A stretch of DNA of 63,633 nt, counting the filler, from Phoronis australis (Eukaryota; Animalia; Phoronida): the NCBI GenBank assembly GCA_002633005.1. It is 7 parts of 7 records of this genome, joined end to end, with 100 filler letters (N's around TTAATTAATTAA, not from the genome) between each part and the next. Parts side by side here need not be neighbours in the genome. Positions count along the whole stretch, not along the records: positions 25,443 to 43,818 come from NMRA01000889.1; 6 more parts are not named here. The stretch is one strand, 5' to 3'. Made by a program: the position numbers and the translations under genes. Below are positions 25,781-39,342 of the stretch, one piece after another. The notes under the pieces were generated by a model, which was given only the letters and a program-made list of their open reading frames with translations, was not told the origin of the DNA and did not search any database. How positions within the stretch are numbered: position 1 is the stretch's first letter; every line of letters starts with the position of its first letter.

Positions 25781-28700
25781 GCTCCTCGGAGCGCTTTCAT
25801 TGTTTTACATCATTTATCCACGATCTAGTGGACATGGCTTGTTTCTGTCTTAAACACCAAAGGTAATCTTAAAAGCACCGTTACATGTATATGGGAGACC
25901 CTCAATAGTGCATAGTTGGCACATCTTTAAATAATTTTGTGTTATCTCTCCTGTGTCTTAAAGCAGCTATAAGCCACCTTCCATCACAGAAACCATATTG
26001 ATTTGGTCTCAAATTATTCCTCAGTCAAACTGAAGGTGAATTTAGGGCTTTTAAAGAATTGACAGTTTGTTTTTGCTCAAGACCAAGCTTTACAAGTTGT
26101 CTTGTCATGTCGTGTCATTTTATCCACCGAGTATGGGAATAACGAACTGTCATTTCTTTGCAAACTCTGAAATCGAGTAAAAAGTTGACGCTGATTTTTT
26201 ATGGCTGTAAGTGATTTAAGTCAAGAGTCTGCTTTTTGGGGTGGAACATGAGTTTTCAGTCACTTTAAGAGACGTTTTGCGAGATCATAGGCAAGATTTA
26301 TTTTTTTTTGTCTCACTTCTTTTAGCGCCATGATACTAACCTGTTACTGCACAGCATAAATTCACTTTAGGTTTTTTGTACGACTTCATGATGGTTTTCC
26401 ACAAGACCCTTCACAAGGTTATGCGTCAAAATAATGATCTAGAAGGACTTATTTGTTTGGTTTGTAAACCCATAAGGACAGATTCTAATTGATCTGTTAG
26501 TACAATAGTCTTGGTCTGATCAATTAAGGCAGTGTTGGTTTTTAGAGTTTGTTTGTAAGTTTATTGTGATGGTAATATACTATTAATGACTTCCAGATGA
26601 TCGTACTTTGCAAATCAAATTTTTGTTTTTATTTCTGAAGTGTCTCTGTGGCTGGCACTTACGGAGGTGATAACCTTAATTGTGTTCAACTCGTTATGCA
26701 AATGATGTGGAAGGTATGTCTACGTGATCTACCTCAGTTTTGTTTTGTTTGAAAAACAAGAAAGAAAAGTTAATTGCCCTGTCACACTTTTGCATCTATG
26801 AAATCTTTATGAGTTCATCATCAAACTATTCTTATACGTACGCAGCAGTGCATTCAATATTTCAAACTTTTTCAATTAATTTGCACAATGTCTGTAGCAC
26901 ACCTAGCATAGGAATAATGAATTGTGCATATGATTTGCATAGGCAGTGCACATCATTATTTTGTCTTGCATTGCACATGCCAGCAACTATTTTGAACATA
27001 CCATGTTGATGTCAATGATATGCCTGATGCTATGAGTTTGTTTAGTGTTCGTAGTATTAAAGTCCTTATCTCAAAGGGCATTCCAGTTCAAAAACTTTAA
27101 AATGTGTTCTAAATTAAGTAATATGTAACATAGCAGAATGTTCACATACTTTCCATTATCAAACTAAAAGCCTTTTTAGCACAGTTTTATACCTTGGCCG
27201 AGAGCGGAAAATCATTGACTATTCTCGTCTATTTCCGTAACCAGAGTTCTTGTGTGTCAGTTCAGGAACTCTTCCTGAATGCCAAACATGTTGTCCTTGA
27301 AAAGGTATTGACATCACCACGAGCCTAAATGCGTTCTTACTTTGTTTAGTTGTTTTTGATTCTCATTTTGGTTGTTTTTATATAAACTTGATTATTTATG
27401 GCCCAGATTTTACCTGTTCTTTGCATATGACGAATGGTATTCTATTTATTACATAATCGTAAGTTAGTGAAGTACCGTTGGAAAATCTCCCGTAGCCAAT
27501 TCTCGGCTACTGATGTCAGCCCTGACTTATCGCGAGGGTACGTCAAATTTCAGCTAGCACCCATTTAGGTAATAAGTTAGCGGAAAAAAGTTTCTTGATC
27601 AACAAATGTCTTATTTTAATCGCCATATCTTGAAATTGATGCAAAGTACCAGCCTGAAGTGAGCAGTTGCCATGTCACCATGACTACCAGACGTGTGAGC
27701 GCAGTGCGTAATTGGCAGCAAATTGGTACCGGCTTTACTGGCGGTTAAAAATGTAAAATAGAAAAAAAAAACAGCGATGTTTCAGTCGACAAATAAAAAC
27801 AAGTTTTATCTCAACACAGTGAGCTCCACAATTTTGTGCTTGATTTTGCTGCCTGGCACAGTAACCGGTAATTCCCGGACGTGTAGTCACCGTGACTCTT
27901 CGCCGGGAAAATAATCTTTTGCTAAATTGGCTTTGATTTTCAATTATCAGGGAAAATATATTTTCAAACCTCACAGATCAAAATTACCTTTGTTGTCTAA
28001 ATATAAAAATTCTGCGCCGCAAACCGGGGCGTGGGGAGTGTTGTGAATTTTACTCAAAGAGCTGAATGTCGGCAGTTGGAAAATATTGCAGTATTAGGAG
28101 CATAACACAGTATTTTTTAATCACTTTGTCACATGAATTTCACTCATTCAGGGCCAGGTAGCTACTTAATGTTTTCATCTTGTCCCGCGGGGCACAGATG
28201 ACCGAGCATGGCAGGTCAGGCGGTCCGGCTCCGCCGGCTAACAGCATATGCGAATGTTTCTGGCTAAGTGGGAATTATTCCTTTGACTTTAAACTCATTG
28301 ATACTTATATTATACCATTTGGCACCATGGCAAGTTTTCTACCTGAAGTTATTTCGCCACCAAGTTGTATTCTCTTGGCAATCAGCCGCCTGGCCGTAGC
28401 GAAGTCGCGTCTCAATTTATTTTCCATATTTTCGCAAGTTTAACTGTCAGGATATTCTAACTGTATAGCAATTTTATTCAATAATTTGATGTTGCATGTT
28501 TGTTGTTCTGCTTATACTATTGGTTTATCAGAGTTAATTAAACCCAGTAAAACATGCTTAGCCTAGCCTGCCATAGGCGGCTCCATTGGAGCAGGACTGT
28601 TCCTTAAAAAGTCCGTAATTTCATTTAAGTGTCGGAAACTATCTTTGTATGTATACGGCATTCATGATTGGAACCATTTATTCCAATAAAAGAGCCGGGG

Positions 28701-30371
28701 GTGGCATGCCTTCGTCTTTGGTCACTGCGAGTTGTCTCGATCGGTCTGCACTGGGTCATCGGCTACAGGTCCGAGCCTGGCTAAATAATTTCTGTCAAAA
28801 TTTATTTTGCCACATTTTGTCAACAGTTTCAGTACAAATTGTCCCTATTTTGGTGTCATGAAATTTGAGGTTCTGTACTGTCGATTAATTTATCTCGGTT
28901 TGCAAGCTGCTCCAGTCGCACAGACGGCGTATACTAAGCCTGGGTTCCTGAATGAATTGTACTTCCGGGTTTCGCAGTTAGTTCAAAATGGGGGTGTGAT
29001 CTTCGAGTCGGAATCGTGAGTGGCGCGTTTATTTAAACTTTCTTCGACTACGAATTGAGTATTGGTTATGGAATAAGTACTGCATGGTCCCTTATAATAT
29101 CTTCTAACCATTTAATAAGGGTTTAAAACGTGTGCTTCTAGGACTTTAACACTGCATTAGAACGTTATGTATTCACCCATTACATGATATATAAGCAGTT
29201 CATAGCCGGTGCTGTGAGATCAGTGTATTACCACGTATTATCTGAATATCCCCTGTGAAAACGTAACGTGGTCGTATCGTGCTGGAATGATTCGTACTTA
29301 CGACTCACGACCTGCGGTAATACAGCGTACCTGGGTAGAGTTCAGTAGCTGTCTCGCAGCAAGAAAAATCTACCCAAAATCACATGCTTTCACTCAAAAT
29401 ACATGGCAATATCTTGCAAAGTCTTGCTTTTCTGGCGAGGTCCCAGCGTTGCTCTACCCTTGCATTCCAAGTTCTGGGCATGCCCGAAAGTATCGGGCCC
29501 ACCTGGTGGCATACCTCGCACACGTGCCGGTTTAAATAAAACTTGATGCAAACTGATTGAGATGCATAGATGAGTTATTAATTGTGCATACGATTGTGAT
29601 GGAAAAAAATGTTTAAATGCACATCTCATGGCTATGTAGGATTAACAAAGAAGAGTGGCAGGTCTTTTATTCGGTGAATTTCATGAGACGCATTCGAGTA
29701 CTTACAATCAATGTTTTCAACCAAGGGCTGGGGGTCATCCTCAGAATGATATGTCATAGACTGCGATAATTCCAAAAGTGTTTGCTCTTGATACCGGAAA
29801 GAAAAGACTGGATACCCAGAAGCCAGTATTTATGAAGGAAGCCGGCGACAGGGTCAGTACTATCTTTCTGACATTTATGACATTGTATAACGTGGCCTAA
29901 GGTGGGAACTTCATTACGTGACCGCAAGTCCACCTGAGCACAGTCATTGACAGTTGAGGACATATTCGTTTGTGGTTCATGAAATTCGTGGGATATATGA
30001 CTCGTCAGCATGATAAAATTATTTAGTGAGTTTGTCAGATCCTTTACCCTGAGCTGCCAGTCCTGTCCTCACCTTTGATGAAGGTGCAATTGGATGTTAC
30101 CACTTCCCAAAATACCAAAACACCCCCTTCTGCATTTTTACCCACAATGCTGCATGTGTCTATGTGGGTACTAATGCCTCACAGTTGTACAATGCAGTCT
30201 TGCGATATTACTGCTTTGCACTTAGATTAGCTTGCCATTTATAATTCTGATGCCAATGAAGTTTTGCTGCTGCAGCGGTGAGTGGTATTAATGAGTGCAA
30301 ATGTAAAACAATTGAGAAGCTGAGAGGGGTGTTATAAATTGCCCAGACTTGTCTGACTAATGTTAGATGTA

Positions 30372-30590
30372 GGAGGTGCAGTTGACAGAGAACAACAGCT
30401 GATCAGGTGCAAGTATGTGTGTAAACACCACTTCCACAGAGCAAGTTGTCACCCTGGCGGTTTTTGAGAGGTGTCACAAACTGGCCGCTGTGGTGTCACT
30501 CACTTCGCGTCAGTTGTGTTTACACACACACTTGCACGGAGCAGCTGTTCGGTGTTAGGTGCTCTGTGTCAGCTGTCTTTCTTGTAAAGG
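30372..30590 (+). repeat. Dispersed repeat family B copy 1, with internal inverted repeat
   Basis: AACAGCTG..GTGCAAGT.TGTGTGTAAACAC ... GTGTTTACACACACACTTGCAC..CAGCTGTT; related copy at 42340-42520. Confidence 0.7.
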
Positions 30591-30899
30591 CAACTTTACA
30601 GTACCCTTATTGCCATCTCTAACTTATTCTGACATGAAGGGTTGCAGGCAATAGTTTGGCTTTGTCAAAGTTATGGCAACAACTTCGTAACGTAACATAA
30701 ACTTCTTACTTTTAAACGGATGGATGTTTTGTGACGAAAAATACATTTTTGAGATTGCTGTTGCGTGGACACACTTCGTGAAGATATTAGGTTTCATCTA
30801 TAAAACTGCAAAATCCATTGTGTTGTTGTATTTTATAAAAAATCCCCAATTCAGTAGTTTTCTGCTCGACGTTCGCTGAAGTCAAGACTTTACCAGTTC

Positions 30900-30948
30900 A
30901 ATACACTATAAATACACTATAAATACACTATAAATACACTATAAATAC
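30900..30948. repeat. 11-bp perfect tandem repeat (AATACACTATA), ~4.5 copies
   Basis: Read directly from the sequence. Confidence 0.95.
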
Positions 30949-32199
30949 CCTGCCATTTATTGACATCTGCCAGCTGAGTGTTAGACTGAGACTGGGGGTT
31001 TGCAGGCTCGGTTCTGCGCTGAGACTGATCTCAGAAAAGCTTTTTCACCAATAATGTCCCTTGAAATTTCAGTGATTTTTTACCGGAACAAACTTTGTCA
31101 ACATTTTTAAATAAAAGATTCTGTTACATCTTCAATGGTGTCACTTTACTATGTCGTGTGCAGTGTTAAATGTTTATTTTGTGGTAAATTAATGGTAAAT
31201 GAAATGACCATGACTGTTTAGTTTTACATAGCCAAAAAAGTTGAATGTCCGCATTTATCTGTAAACAATGGTGTAACTTATTGACTTGTCTATTGAAAGC
31301 TTTCAGAAGCAACAGTGGATATTCTTCAGGTAAAGACATAGTGGCCAAAAAGGTGAAATTCACGTTGTTGTATTTCTTAACAGAGGTTGCTCAGAATTTT
31401 TTTTGATATTCTTTGTATAGTACTACTGTCCCCTAGCAACATTGAGTAAATTTTTTAGCCCTTGCAGTTAATTTGCGAAAAAGTTGAAATCTCAATGGTT
31501 GTTTGAACATCTGTCTACATGCTGCGATTTTTCGTGTTCTGAACGACTCTGTGTGCATCTACCATACATAATGCCAGTTTGTGCAGACAGGTGTTCTACA
31601 TGACCTTCCTGCTAAAAAACCGTAATGTACGAAGTCAAGCACTTTCATCTATGGGAGTTTGGACATTGGGCCAAAATCCGTACACTTTCTTCAAGAGTCG
31701 TACAAAGTACGTAAGTAGGAATCAGAGAATAGGGTGTGTAGACAATAATTGTTCTGGACCTGAATTGAATAATTTCACCATCATGAAGGTGTCCTGTTAG
31801 TTTGGAGGTCGTAGCCTTGACCTTGTAATTACATGATTAAATATTTAGTCAAAGTAGTCTATTAACAGGGATCCTGGTTGATACTAATAATATTAAAGGA
31901 AGTGTTTCAGAAATAATTTACTTGATTGAATGGTAGCAATGAAATTATGGCTAGCACACATCAAACAGATTGAGTTTAAGTGTAGTGCTTATGAACACTG
32001 AAGTAAATGAAACCTTGGGATTTCTTTGCATATAATATGGTTGAAAGAATCTCCTGAGATGTAACTTAAACAACCAATATTACATACAACGTCAATTGGC
32101 TCTCGTTGATTAAATACCCTGTTTTTAGTGCTTCTAGAAGTCATAGTTATGTAAGCACTCATTTCGTTGTGGTAATAAAATTTCCTGTTTTTTTTACCT

Positions 32200-32445
32200 C
32201 GGGTCTGTGTCATGAAAAGTGACTCGAGACTTAAGTCGGAAATTTTGTATTGCGCTCCACGCAACCATTTCTGAAAAATAGCATAACCTCACGTTGAGCT
32301 AAAGTGCAAAATCTCTGAGAATGACAGATACGTTCTGTTATATTAATTTCTACACTGTGATGGTAAATTTTTTTTTCAGAAATTACAAATTGGGAGCATA
32401 AAACCAAATTTCTATCTTTAAGTCTGAAGTTACTTGCCGCAAAAC
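32200..32445. mobile_element. MITE family C copy 1
   Basis: TCATGAAAAGTGACT..GACTTAAGTCGGAAATTT..GCTCC ... GGAGC..AAACCAAATTTCT..TTAAGTCT inverted arms. Confidence 0.65.
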
Positions 32446-35400
32446 ACATATTATGAGTTAATTCTGCAGTGAGAATAAGAGATAACATTGTTGCAAATGG
32501 TTACTAGCAATAGCTACCACAGTATTTGAAGCTGGTCTAAGCGGAAAATTATAATTCTAAGACTTCTTAAAAAAACTAAACTGGTTATTTTCTCCTAACA
32601 TCTTATTTAAACTGAGCTAACCAGAAGATCATTCCTTCTGAACTAATTTTGCCCTAGACCACTTACCATGGCTATGAACAAGCTTCATGCAGGATAACAA
32701 TAACACTGTCGAATTATCACAAGTCACACTGCTTCTATAGAACAAAGTGCATGACGTGAAGCAACAATTAAACTTATACAGCGGATATTAGTCCTGCTTG
32801 AAGTTTTATGCAACCCTGCGTCCAGTTTAATCAAAGATCATTAGTCCTACTTAACAAAGAGGATGCTGTCGGTCGCAACTTAGATTTCAATTTGCACCAC
32901 ACTCATTTAGCTGGCTTATAAGGCATTGACGTTAAGTCCCACATATGAGAAATTGTCAACTTAACAGTTTCAACATTTTGCTCTCATAAAAAAATGCATG
33001 GTCGTATTCGTGGTTATGCGTTTGCGGTTGTTTTAGCTATGACTGGGCATGCGTTACCTTTGATGAAATGTACCCTAGTCCTGGATAACAGTAATTGCAT
33101 TCTGCAATCTTCAAAGACATTAATAACTTGAATGCAAAACCCTGATTACTATTATACTAAATATGTTGCCATAACATGTCTGGGCTTCTGATGTCAAACT
33201 GCTATATTTATTTATTTTGTAGATTTCATCGAGGTATATCTCAGTGTTATGATGATGTATTATTTAGCATTTTCTGCTTACAGGAAAAATTCTCCACTTT
33301 TAGGCAGTTTCTAGAATTTAAGACACCTAAATTCAGGACAGAATTGAAATTTCTTGATACTGAAGATTGGGATATTGTCAGTTTTGGTGCTCACCATATT
33401 TTTCTCAAATTTTAACAGGATCAAAGCATTTATGAAGACTTCACTGAAATACAAATGACATAAAGATCAGGTCAAAGAATGATTAAATTTGTTCCGAATA
33501 AAAGTTTGATATTGCAGCCGCGTCACTTATAAAGATATAACATGTAGTCAAAGATACAATCAAACACAATACCGTACAACTATTGCTCAGTTACACATGC
33601 CAATTAAGCTGCCGCTTTTGTGCATAAAATCCATACCTGTCTAAAGTTGAATGAACCACTCTTCTGTATATCACGCAGACTGATACCGCTTTCAGTGACA
33701 GTATCATTAAATTCGAGTTCACCTTGTTTAAAGTAAAATAGAACAGTGCTTCTGTGTAGTACACTTCAGACAAATCTTATCACAACACTTGTGTGGAAAT
33801 TCTCCCATCTTTCATTTGCGCTGATTGTAGTTCGATTAATTACACATCACTCACCCTCTTGCTTTTATAGTGCCTACCGTAATACCAAGGTTTTCTGCTC
33901 TGGTTCTTAATAAGGCAAGTGCTTTACTGTATTGCTTTAGAAATTTGCTTCGTCTTCTTTTTAGTTGTTGTGCGAAGATGGAATGAAGCTGATGTCATTT
34001 TGCGCATGCTCATGTTTGTGCGTGTGTCAGCATATGGAAATGCACCTATTGTATTTGCACTTAGGCCCGTGAATCTGCATTCAAAATAATTAAATTTTAG
34101 ATAAGATTTTACCAATTGTTGGCTACTCTAATAATCTTGGTCCTGTTCACCTTGCATGTGTGTTTATACACTCAGACTTAGGTTCCTGATCACTGAAGTG
34201 ATGTACTGAGGGAAAAGCATCAAAATCACCTCCATTTCTGCTTGTTGACAGAGTCACTTTAGTTGAAAAACCCATCATTAAGACGCGATTGTTGTTGGGC
34301 GCAGACATATACTGTTGATATGTCTTCACAGAAGTATATTTGGCAGTACTACAACACTATCAATCCTGACTTTAGATTTACCTGGAGCAGCTGGTTGAAA
34401 GTCGAAAGTATACTTGAAACTGGTAAAAATTCACCAATTTAGGAGAGACTCATAAATTTGGAACACCAAGGTGAGGTTGAATTTCGTGATTCTGGAATTT
34501 GGACATGCCTTCATCAGATTTTTTAAATTGTGGACATAGCGCATTTTGCTTAACTATCTTGTTTCGTATAAATACATAAATTTGCAAAATGGGTGTATTT
34601 GCCGCCTTTCTCGTCATTCTTGAACTTGTGACCTCCAGTATTGTGAATTTCTAAAATTTGTTACATTAGCTCCAACCTTGAGCAAAATACCGTTTTTTTC
34701 ACTGTCCCAAATTTGACAATTTATGGGTTACCAGACACTCATTTTGAAAGGTGACTTAACGAGAACTGATAGTAAGGCACAGACAGTGGCTAGCAAAAGG
34801 AGGGTTTCCGAGGGATTACAAGTTTTATTAATGGCCATTTAAGAGCAAACAATAAGTGTCTTGCATGCCAATTCAATTTTAGGATTTATGCGTAAATTTG
34901 CGCTAATTTCAAGGTGCACCAGGGCTTAGCATAAAAGTGTTTTAGAGACAAATGCTATAGGCTTATGTTTTGTAAATTACCTACATCATTCTTACTGCCT
35001 AATTGTCTTAAAGCAGAAGTGGGAATTTTTCACTTATTTAGCAGACAATATGGCCAATAAATGAAATTCAAGCGTAGTTTTTGTGTTAAGATGCCATAAA
35101 ACAACATGTGGTAAAGTTTCCACTATTTGTAGCAGCTTTTTTAAAAATGGAAAATGACAGTTTTGGCAATTATGTTTGTGCTGAATAATTGAATAATTAC
35201 GATATTCTTTCATGATCCACATTGTACCAAGATGAAAAAAAATGCTTTTTTGTTATTTAGTACAATTTAACGTATTCAAAAACCTTGAAAAATGTTGTAC
35301 TCAACTTTGACCATCTTTAGGCTGAAACATCAATCATAATGTCAAGTTTTACAAAGCGGTCCTTCAGGGCTTAATGCTCGTGTTTGCAGTGAACTAGATC

Positions 35401-36019
35401 GCGAAGAAATGGTATCAACAAGATGAGATAAAAATAATATCATTCACTTACGTGCTGTTCGGCATCGATAGCAATCCTTCATGGGGAATACATGCTTTGT
35501 GGTCGTCAAATGTCAGAATATAAAGATCGATCTATTTCGCAATTTGTAGACATGATTTCAAGTGCACAGAAAATGCGTTTGTCACTCGTGCTCCTCATAA
35601 TTTCGTTTCATTACTCACCTAGTTCATGGTTAAATTTCAAATAATCACTGTACTTGTTCACACTGCCTGTTTCTATTATGTTGATCCCACATCGAAAACG
35701 TAACAGTTGTGATTATGAAATGACTGCATCTGATAGGAATAATACTGAAACTGGGGTTCAATGGCCTTACTTTGCTAAATACAATTACTGAAGTGATTGG
35801 AATCCTCTCGCTCTTTGTAGACATGTTAATTTTAAGTTGTTATAAACCATCTCCATGGCCGCTTTATTGCATGAAAGTGATACTCTCAATAACAACAGTA
35901 ACCTAGCATCATCACGTGTCGCATTGCAATATTGACTTGAATAATGCATTAGACGTAATACAATAATCAAACTTATCCGCGGGATGAGTTCTAATTTAAG
36001 GTTTATGCAACCCATCTCT

Positions 36020-36305
36020 GGTGTTGGTCTCATGAAAAATCACTAAGACTTCAGTCAGAAATTTGGTCTTGCTCCATTCAACTATGTCTAAAAAATAATT
36101 AAATCTCACTTGAGCAAAAGTTTAAAGTCTCTGAGAATATACTCATAACTGCTGGTTGCTAAGATAACATCTATGAATTATTTCTACTAGGCTACGATGT
36201 GGTCTTATTTCCTTAGCTAAACCCTTTTCAGCACTTGCCAAGTGGGAGACTAAAACCAAATTTCTCTGTGTTAAGTCTTAATAAGTCACTATCATGAAAG
36301 GGGTT
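36020..36305. mobile_element. MITE family C copy 2
   Basis: TCATGAAAAATCACTAAGACTT..AGAAATTTGGT ... ACCAAATTTCT..AAGTCTTAA..GTCACTATCATGA. Confidence 0.65.
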
Positions 36306-37309
36306 TCTTTCCAGGCAATTAGCAGGCCTTCCAAAGCAACATCCTTGTGTTGTTATCCTTTGCTTGGTTTGAAACATGGTGTAATTACACTGAGGACTTT
36401 ATGGCTTTCACAGCGCCAACCCACCGTAACTAACTCCACCTGCTTGCTTTGAAACAATAATGGCCTGTCAGTCCTTCTCAAGTCTTGAAATCATTTCTAA
36501 ACTAAGCAAGGAAGCAAGACGAATCCGATTTTGTTTGCGGAAGTGGCCATAATCAGAAAGTAGTTTTATCCTGACAAAAGTTCCTGTAGAAAAGCCGATT
36601 GTTTTCAGTTTTCTTTTTTGAAATTCATGATAGATTATGTCATAAACTTTAGTTCTAACTAGAGAAAAAGGTAAAAAAAAAATGTTCTGAGTCATTCCTT
36701 TCTTTCTGTTTTTTTTTTTTTTGATTTTCTGAAAGGCTATTTTTAATGCTGCTTGAAAAAAGTTGGCACTATTCTCAAAAGCTTCGTATGGTCTAGTTCA
36801 AATCGTCAATAAAGAACAACAAGCCTACAGGCAGTTTTAACTTACTGTTTTTTGTACTGTACTAGTTGAAATTAATATCCAAGGCACTAAATTGGGATGC
36901 TTGACTATAATGGGGTCATTGTTCACCCAAATGGTCGATTCAGGTAAACATCCAATGAGTTACATTTTTGTCGGCCTTTCCGTGCAAGAGTCAAAAAGTG
37001 GGAAAGTTGGGCATTTTTTGCCTAAATAAGGCAAGTTGCTGCTAGATCTCATTCACACAATACAGCATTTCACAAAGACTCAGGCAATAGGCAAGTCTCA
37101 CCTTATAAATTGGGGTGTGGGCCAAGTACAGGCATTTATAAGTGAATATTTGGAAACTTAGAGTTGAGCTGGACATTGACTGCCTCAGATGTATACAACA
37201 TTTTGTTTTTGAGATTTCGCAAATACAAAATTTTCAGTCATAATTTCACTTTTTGATAAAAAGTATAATCATAAATTTAAATAAAAAATAAGCACTGATA
37301 TAAACCTGA

Positions 37310-37532
37310 TGTGAAAAAATCATAACGTTGTTATTATATTTGGCTTTGCCACACGACCATTTCTGCTTTTGATAACTGAGTTTCATTTCTTCTGCTTCCA
37401 TTTCTCGTAAATTGTCTCCGCAAAACTATTTTTGAGCTGACTCACAAAATCCTGTCGATTTCCACGACATGTTTTTTGGCAGTTCTAGGTGAGCTGACTT
37501 GTGGACGAGACGGTCTCGCCACCTGGCTACTG
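37310..37532 (+). repeat. Dispersed repeat family D copy 1
   Basis: GTCGATTTCCACGACA..TTTGGCAGTTCTAGGTGAG..GGACGAG.CGGTCTCGCCACCTGG shared with 48270-48488. Confidence 0.85.
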
Positions 37533-39342
37533 GTACCTTAACACATTTCTTAAAGTTTGTGTGTATCATTGAGCCAAAACCAATATAGCCACCTGGTTTA
37601 CTGCTCCTGTTGACAAATGTGCTTTGTGCAATGGTGAGCAATTGATGGTATGTGCTTAATCCTCTGTTCCTTATAGTTAGTTACCATTCTGGTGTGCTGT
37701 ACAGGGAAAAGGGTTTTTAGTTCCGATCAAAATGACAACTTTTGCAAATTTCAGGTACAAAAATTTTAAAAAAAGAAAAAATCAAAATTTGACTTTAATA
37801 CTTAACTTTTGGAATTCTCAGTGTTTTGTAGGTGTACAGTGGAACAACAATTTAGACATTTTAGTTAAATACTTAAATAAACAAGAGATCGGAATTAAAA
37901 GTTATGAGAGACCCCGAAAGTGCCACCCGCACACAGACTGGGCCAAGAACAAATTACTGTACTCATGGAATGAGTTGTTGTTAGATTTGAGTGTTGTCTT
38001 GATGCCGTTTAAATTAGTGAAACTCACTCCACATTATCAAGATGGGGTAACTTGTAATCGCTGTGGGGCTGCAAAAGTGGGCTAGGGCGGAAGTAATTAT
38101 CAGCTGCGGTTGTATACAGACTCATTTTCTCTTGTGCGCTGTAATGGCATTAGGTGTTCATTGTTGAGCACAAAGCAACAACTTTCGCCTTACTCTGTGT
38201 GTGAGTGGACGCTCCACTTAAAAGTGGGTGAAGTTGCACTTAGTGCATTTAGTTCTATGGTTGGCTGTGAGTGGACGGGACTTAGGACTACTTTGGAATG
38301 TCATCTCAGAGATGGCTGAATGAACTACTACGGATCATTAGGATACAAACTGTAATTAATGCATTGCTCATCAAACAACACTATAAAGAATTCCTTGCAA
38401 AGTATTCATTTCTGGCTTGGGAGGCTATCAAAAATTCTGACTTTTAGGATTTTTGTGAAAAAAGATGAAAAAGTCACACAAAATGAAAACAAAAGACTAA
38501 CTTAGAAAACTTTTTAGGGGATTTTTTTTACGTTTGTATAAGTTGGAATTTGGTCCACTTATTAATACCGCTGTATTTTTATGTACATAGACCTTTATTA
38601 ATTTTAATTAAGGAGACATTATGTGACCAAATCAATTGCAGATTGGTATAAAGTCGAACGTCTAACTCGCACCGGCTACTTTAAAAAAATATGTACTTTA
38701 CATACTTTAGTTAAATTCAGTAGTTTTGTAAATATTTGGCTGAATTTAGTTAATCCACATGGTGAGGGACAGTTCAGTCTATCACGGCCACATTAAGACT
38801 CTTACTAAGTCACAGTCAATTGCTAACTTTTTGCTGTATTTTAGTTTTCAGTTATGTTTCAAGTAACCTTAGATATTTGATTAGACATATCATTTATTCA
38901 GGGTTTCTCAAAGGGTAAAATGGCTTATGGAAATTTCAAGCGTTAAGTTCAATAATTTATCTGCAAAGCCGTTTTCTGAGTATCATCGAAATCTCAAGAG
39001 ACTCAGACCCGACTATTACATTGTTCCCATTTGTTATGGAGAATGTAGGAAAAGATAAAAAATAAAGCCCATGAATGAAAAAGTCATGGAAAATGAAAAA
39101 AGGTGACAAATCGTAGAAAACTAGTAGAAATGTTCATAGAAACCATCATTTTGCAAATCGTATTGCGAGTTCATACACGGAGTAATGCATGACAACAATC
39201 TTAGAAAAATTACCAGAAAATCTTTTTGTGGAAAATCACTTACTTATTTACTTATTTTGAGAACCCATTTTATCCTCTGAATGATGGGTATCAAACTGGT
39301 TAGTTACTATTGTCCAAGTTTCAGTAGTAACAGGTATAAATA